DNA from: Scyliorhinus canicula
Lineage: Eukaryota
Length of the DNA stretch: 64,000 nucleotides
Direction: 5' to 3'
Assembly (NCBI RefSeq): GCF_902713615.1
Contig: NC_052149.1
Coordinates: 126,235,256 to 126,299,255, forward strand
Shown here: positions 58,180 to 64,000 of the stretch, in pieces
How the letters are laid out: every line of letters begins with the position of its first letter
How positions within the stretch are numbered: position 1 is the first letter of the stretch
Position numbers and translations under genes: made by a program
The notes under the pieces: generated by a model
Told to the model about the DNA's origin: nothing
Databases searched by the model: none
Seen by the model: the letters and a program-made list of their open reading frames with translations, nothing else

Positions 58180-59041
58180 ATTTCAGTGCTGAATTTGTAG
58201 TAACCTTCTTTACAAATGTTTAGATAACATTCCAAAATGATTTAACCAGTTTAACAGCAAACCTTTACCTCCTGACACTGAACCAATTTGAAATCCAATT
58301 TTCAATTTTCCCTTTGATTCCATCCGCTTTTAATTTTCAGACACGTCTGTTGTTTGAGAACTGTCAAAATTCTTGGAAAACCCATGTTGTCAACATCAAA
58401 CTACCTCCCCTCATCAACACTCCTCGTTCCCTCTTCAAAAAAGTTAATCAAGTTAGTCAGACAGGACCTTCCCTTCACAAATCCATGTTGACCGTCCTTG
58501 ATCGAACTGTGTCTCTCTCAATGATGATTCTAATTTCTCTCAGAATTATTTCCAATAATTTCCCCACCACTGAGGTTAGACTGACTGGTCAGTAATGACT
58601 CAGTCTGTCCCTTCCTCCCTTTTTAAACAACTGTACAACATTATCACTCTTCCATTGCCAGCTTTGTCTCTCTCATTTGTGAAAACTGATGTCAATTATT
58701 CATTAAGAACTATCTCCATGTCTCCCAACTCCACACACAAGTTAACTTTTTCTTCTCTTAATTGCTACCACAAATTCATTTTGCAATTTTGAAATTTATT
58801 TCTGTGATGTGGGAGTTTTTGGTTGGACCAGCGTTTATTGCCCATCCTTCATAGCCTTCAGAAGGTGGTGGTGAACTGCCTTCTGAATCCGCTGGTGTCC
58901 TTGCGGTATAGATACACCGAGAGTGCTGTTAGGAAGGGAGTTCCAGGATTTCGAATCGGTGACAATGAAGGAATGGTAATATGTTTCCAAGTCAGGATGG
59001 TTAGTGACTTGGTGGCCAAGTTCCAGGGAGTGCTGGCCCCA

Positions 59042-59675
59042 AGACCAGGATTCTCCGAGCCTCCGCGGCGAAATGGCGCTCGGAGCGGTGGCGCAGAATG
59101 GGGCCTCAGACCCGTGATTGGGTCCGACGCTGCGACGCGATTCTCCGGCGACCGGAGATTCGGCGGCAGTTACATGCGCGCGGTCAACACGACACCAGTC
59201 AGGGACCTTTGAAAGAGGCCCCCGCGGCGATTCTCCACGGTCGACCAGCCGAGTTCCCGCCGACGTGGTTCATATATGGTTGCAACCAGCGGGAGCTCGG
59301 CGTCGTGGCTGCAGTGGCCGTCCTGGTGGAGGGCGGGGGGGAATCAGTCTTCTGAATGGGCCTCCACGACGGCCAGGTCCGTGATCGGGGACCACCTTCG
59401 GCGGGCCTACCTTCTTCCGTGCCGTTCTGCTGTGTTGCTCTGCCATGTTGTGCAGTGTTGGCGTGGAAGCGGCCGCCACATTTATGTGTGGACCCGCGGC
59501 CAGCATTGCAGAGCTGCGTACGGCAGCTGGAGCAGTGCAGAGTAGTCCAGTGCCGTGCTGGCTCCCTGTGGGATACAGAATCGCTGGACCAAGACACCCA
59601 TTGACGCCGGCGTGAAGCACTCCGGTGTTTATGCCGGCGCCAACACTTAGCCACGTTCCTGGAGAATCCCGACCC
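59042..59675. mobile_element. MITE, duplicate of 6801-7521 (one 29-bp unit only)
   Basis: Colinear with the cluster A copy. Confidence 0.7.
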
Positions 59676-60422
59676 ATGTATCTGCTGCCTTTGTCCTTCT
59701 AGATGGTCGTGGTTGTGGGTTTGGAAGCTGCTACCCAAGGAACCTTGGTGAGATCATGCAGTGCATCTTGTAGATGGTACAGACGGCTGCCACTGTTCAT
59801 CAGTGGTGGAGGGAGAGAATGTTTGTGGGAGGGGTACCAATCATGTGGGGGTTCTTTGTCCTGGATGGTGTTGAGATCCTTGAGTGCTTTTGAAGTTGCA
59901 CTCATCCAGGGAAGTGGAGAGTATTCCATCACACTCCCAGCTTGTGCCTTGTAAATGGTGGATAAGCTTTAGGGAGTCAGGAGGTGAGTTACCTGCCACA
60001 GGATTCCTCATCTTTGATCTGCTCTTGTCGTCACAGTATTTATATGGTTAGTCCAGTTCAGTTTCTGGTAATTGGTAACCCGCAGGATGCTGATAATCGG
60101 GAACTTAGTGAAGGTACTGCTTTGAACGTGAAGGGTTAATGGTTAGATTCTCTCTTGTTGGAGATGGTCATTGTCTGGCACAAATGTTACTTGCCAGTTG
60201 CCAGCCCAAACCGGGGTTTTGTCCAGGCCTTGTTGTAATAGGGCAAGGTCTGCTTCAGTGTCTGTGGAGTTGTGAATGGTGCTGAACATTGTGCTGAACA
60301 TTGTGCAGTCATGAATGAACATCCCCACGTCTGACCTCATGACAGAAAGAAAGTCATTCATGAAGCAGCTGAGGCTGGTTGAGCCTCGGAGCCTCCCCTG
60401 AAGAACCCGTGAGTAATGTCGA

Positions 60423-60742
60423 TGGTGGCAGAGTGGTTGGCACTTCTGCCTCACAGCGCCGGAGACATGTGTTCGATTCCAACCTTGGGTGACTTTATGG
60501 ATTTTGCACGTTCTCCCGCTGTCTGCATGGGTTTTCTTTGGGTGCTCCGGTTTCCTCCCACAGTCTAAGAAAATTCAGGTTAAGTGGATTAGCCAGGTTA
60601 AATTGTGACTCAGAATCCAAAGGTTAGATTGGTCTGTGGGGATTGGCCGGGGGAGTGGACCTGGGTGCGGTACTGTTTTGGAGGGTTGGTGCCGACTCAA
60701 AGGGTCAAATGGCCTCTTTCTGCACTGTAGGGATTGTGTGGA
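60423..60742 (+). mobile_element. SINE, duplicate of 8232-8550
   Basis: Colinear with the cluster A copy. Confidence 0.85.
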
Positions 60743-61860
60743 TGTCCGAGGACAGAGATGACTGACCTCCAATATTCACAGTTATCTTCCTTTGTGCTGG
60801 GTATGACTCCAACCAGCGGAGAGTTTTCCCCCTGATTCCCATTGACTCCAGTTTTGCTCGGGCTCCTTGATACCAAACTTGGTCAAATGCTGCCTCGAGG
60901 TCAAAGGGCAGTTACTCTGGCCTCACCGCTGGAGTTCAGCTCTTTTGTCCATGTTTGAACCAAGGCTGTAATGAGGTCAGGAGCTGAGTGACCCCAAGAC
61001 TGAACGACACTTGATAGCACTGTTGATCATCCCTTACTGATGATCGAGAGTAGCCTGATGGAGCAGTAATCGGCCGGGTTGGATTTGTCCTGTTTGGTGT
61101 GTGCAGGACAAACCTGGGCAATTTTCCACGTTGCTGGGTGGATTGTTTTTTAAATGTATTTATTGGTGTGGGTGTCATTTTCTGGGCCAGCAGTTATTGC
61201 CCATCCCTAATTGCCCTCTAAGTGGCTGCATTTCAGAAGTGTTTTCCCAGATGTCAACCAAATTGTTGTTAGCCTGGAATCACATGTAGGCCAGACCACG
61301 TAAGGACGGCAGACTTCTTTCCCAAAAGGACATTAGTGAACGAGATGGGCTTTTACAACAATCAACAGTCATTTCAGGGTCCTCATTAAACATTGAATTC
61401 AATTTTTATTGGATTCAAATTTGGCCATCTGCTGTGATGGGATTCGAACCTGGGTTCACCGAACAGAAAAAATAAGTAATAATAACGTAGAAGTGATTTT
61501 GGCAAATCCCAGTTTTGTAAAAGTGGCCTTTCCCCAATTTAAAACTTTTACTCTTGGTTTATCTTTACCCTTTTCCATAACTAATCTAAATATAACTGAA
61601 TTATAATCACTATTACCCAAATACTCTTCCACTGATACACCTTCGCCTGCCCAGATTTAATCGCGAAAACTATCCAAAACTGCCTCTTTCTTGTTGGGAT
61701 TTTTCAGTACAGGTTAAAGAAGTTCCCGAGAATGGATTGCCAGCAATCTAGGTCATCTGCACAGACATATACACTGACATTGATTTGATTCCAGGTAATC
61801 TTCAGGAAGATGAAATCCTTTATAATGGTCGAGATTTAAATTCCTTTCCCTCTCTTTCAG

Positions 61861-62189
61861 GCCGTGAAAATTCACAACCAACGCTGACCCTGCTGCCCCC
61901 CTCCCTGGAGGAGGTCAAGACCAAGGGCACTGCCACCCTGGTGTGCCTTGCCAATCACTTCTATCCCGATGAGCTGGTGGTGGAGTGGAAGAAGGATGGT
62001 GCAGCCATTTCGGACGGGGTTCAGACCAGCAACTACCTGCGAGCTTCGGACAACACCTACAGCGTCAGCAGCCTGCTGACCCTCTCTGGCTCTGCCTGGG
62101 AGTCCAACGCCAGCTTCTCCTGTGCCCTCACCCACGTGAGCCTCTCCTCTGCCCTCAGCAAGAGCATCAGGAGATCAGAATGTGCGTAG
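61861..62189 (+). CDS. IGKC: Ig kappa-type constant exon C3 (cluster B)
   Basis: Acceptor at 61860/61861; 3 nt differences from C1 (one silent, plus KNT to KGT); stop at 62187-62189. Confidence 0.96.
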
Positions 62190-62687
62190 AGTGTTAGAGA
62201 CAGTCCACAGAGGAGACACAACTTTAAATAGAACAGGGGTGAGCTGGGAGGGCAAAGGTCATTGTCAGCACTGAATTACAACTCTCTCCTTCTCGGGACT
62301 GAGGCACTACTGAGGGCCAGGGGTTAAGACATGTTTTTGGGACAGTGCAGAGGGATATTTACTCTGCATGTAATCCCATGCAGCATTTGTCCTGGGAATG
62401 TTTGATGGGACAGTGCAGACTCGTGATGCCAAGTAAAACCTCTCTAAGATGCTGAAGACTGTCAGCTGTACCAAAATAACGTGACCCCTGAAATCTCTGC
62501 TTCAGGAAACCAGACCTCCTTCCTGCTCACCCTGCAGTTACAATTTAAGGTTTAGTCACCGTTTAAAGGGACAGGATTCTCATGTCATTGAGAAAATCTC
62601 CATATTTTCCCTGAGAATTTCTCCAGCTTTCTCTGGCTGGGCTGTTTATTCAAGTTTTTCTTCTGACAATGTAAATCTGTAAAAGGT

Positions 62688-62693
62688 AATAAA
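62688..62693 (+). terminator. Polyadenylation signal for cluster B
   Basis: AATAAA followed by a GT-rich element, same context as 10492. Confidence 0.8.
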
Positions 62694-62954
62694 CATTAAG
62701 AATATTCAGTCTGTGTCTTGTGTGTGCTTTGGTAATGTCCCTCCTCCCCATCAGCTGATTGGCAACATTTCAGCAAGTGATTGTCATGATTGGCTGGTTG
62801 GCTTGTCAATCAATGACACATCAGCAGAACATTGGATTCAAAGACAATTATCAATCATTTTAAAATGAGCAGTTTGATCTGGAATCTCTGAGTTTACAAG
62901 ATTCAAATCAGAAAAGAGACTGAAAGTTGCTGGGATTAAATCATCACAATCACA

Positions 62955-64000
62955 ATTCTCCAACCCATATTCCCCACCTCCCCCTTGACCTGACCAACTC
63001 ATGTGGTCTCACTACTCCCATAGTTTCAATCACAGATAAGACCATCTGTGATCACTTCCTTGTATCACTCCCCCTTCCACACCCCAACCCTACCCCCTTC
63101 TGTATCCATCCCTGGAAAAACCTATTCCCCAATTCACTTCCAATGGCACTTTCAAAATGCCAACTATCTGTCTCTGGCCCTCCGATCACTACAACATTTC
63201 TGCAGCGACTGATTTACCCAACCTCACCCTCACCTCCACCTTTGATATCCTCGTTCCCAATAAAACTATTCCTCTCTCTCACCCTGACTGTTCCCCCTGC
63301 TACGTCCTCATTTCCACTCACTTAATCCAAGGCACATAGACTTGAAAGGATGTGGTGGAGAACTGGTTTATCCATCCACTGTCAGATCCGGCTGGACCAC
63401 TTCAAACATTCCCGGCTCCTACTCCCATCTGCTAAAACTGCTCACTATTCCAGGATCATCCTGGAATGTAAAGATAATCCCGGCTTCTTTTCTCCACGGC
63501 AGACCATCTTCTTAAACCCCTCTCCTCTGTCCCCTCCACCCTCACCTCCAACAACAAGTGGGAGGAGCTGATGGACGTCTTTGTCACTAAGATTGAGACG
63601 ATCCAATCAGCTGCCTCGGCCACGTCCCTCCCTTCCACTAGGCTGTCTGGACAAACTTCCTTTAATTCTCCCCCCTGCCCGGGCTCTGAACTCACATCTT
63701 TCTCTAGTTTCTCTCCTATCTCCCCTCATGCCCACTCTGAGCTCATCTTGACCATGAGACCCACCTCCTTCTCTCAGCTCATCTGCTCCAGAAACCCTCA
63801 TCCATGTCTCCGTTACCTCTGGACGTGACTATTCCAATACACTCCTGGCTGCTCTCCCACATCCTACCCTCCGGAAACATGAGCTCATCCAAAACTCTGC
63901 TGTCCCAGTCTGAACTCCCACCAAGTCCCATTCCCCTATCACCCCCTGTACTCACTGACCCACATTGGCTCCTAGTCAAGCAATGTCTTGGTTTTAAAAT
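62955..64000 (+). mobile_element. L2 remnant, duplicate of 10760-11820
   Basis: Colinear, shares the same internal deletion junction (ATGAGACCCACCTCCTTCTCTCAGCTC). Confidence 0.75.

Overview
Eukaryotic, repeat-dense DNA from a cartilaginous fish. The SINE, MITE and CR1 families look catshark (Scyliorhinus)-like, which is an inference from pattern recognition and not a database result. The window holds part of an immunoglobulin light-chain locus of kappa type in the elasmobranch cluster organisation. Two complete, unrearranged, same-orientation L-V-(12RSS)-(23RSS)-J-C clusters lie at about 3.5-10.5 kb and 55.7-62.7 kb. They are paralogous segmental duplicates about 52 kb apart, with a 500-N gap between them, and each is preceded by a G-rich 44-bp tandem array. 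Between them lies an older, orphan, frameshifted C exon (34339-34668) with a remnant J-C intron but no recognisable V or J. The rest is nested mobile DNA: L1, CR1 and L2 LINEs, a Ty3/Gypsy LTR element, tRNA-derived SINEs, PIF/Harbinger-like MITEs and fragments, and satellites. Nothing prokaryotic (no CRISPR, rRNA or true tRNA gene) is supported. I found no demonstrably new biological system. The best leads are paired lone RSS heptamers in the J-C intron, the cluster-associated 44-bp array, the potential for inter-cluster rearrangement, CDR-confined germline divergence beside a homogenised promoter, a constant-domain N-glycan sequon, and a satellite unit inside the Ig 3' UTR. Repeat boundaries are approximate unless a target-site duplication (TSD) is given.
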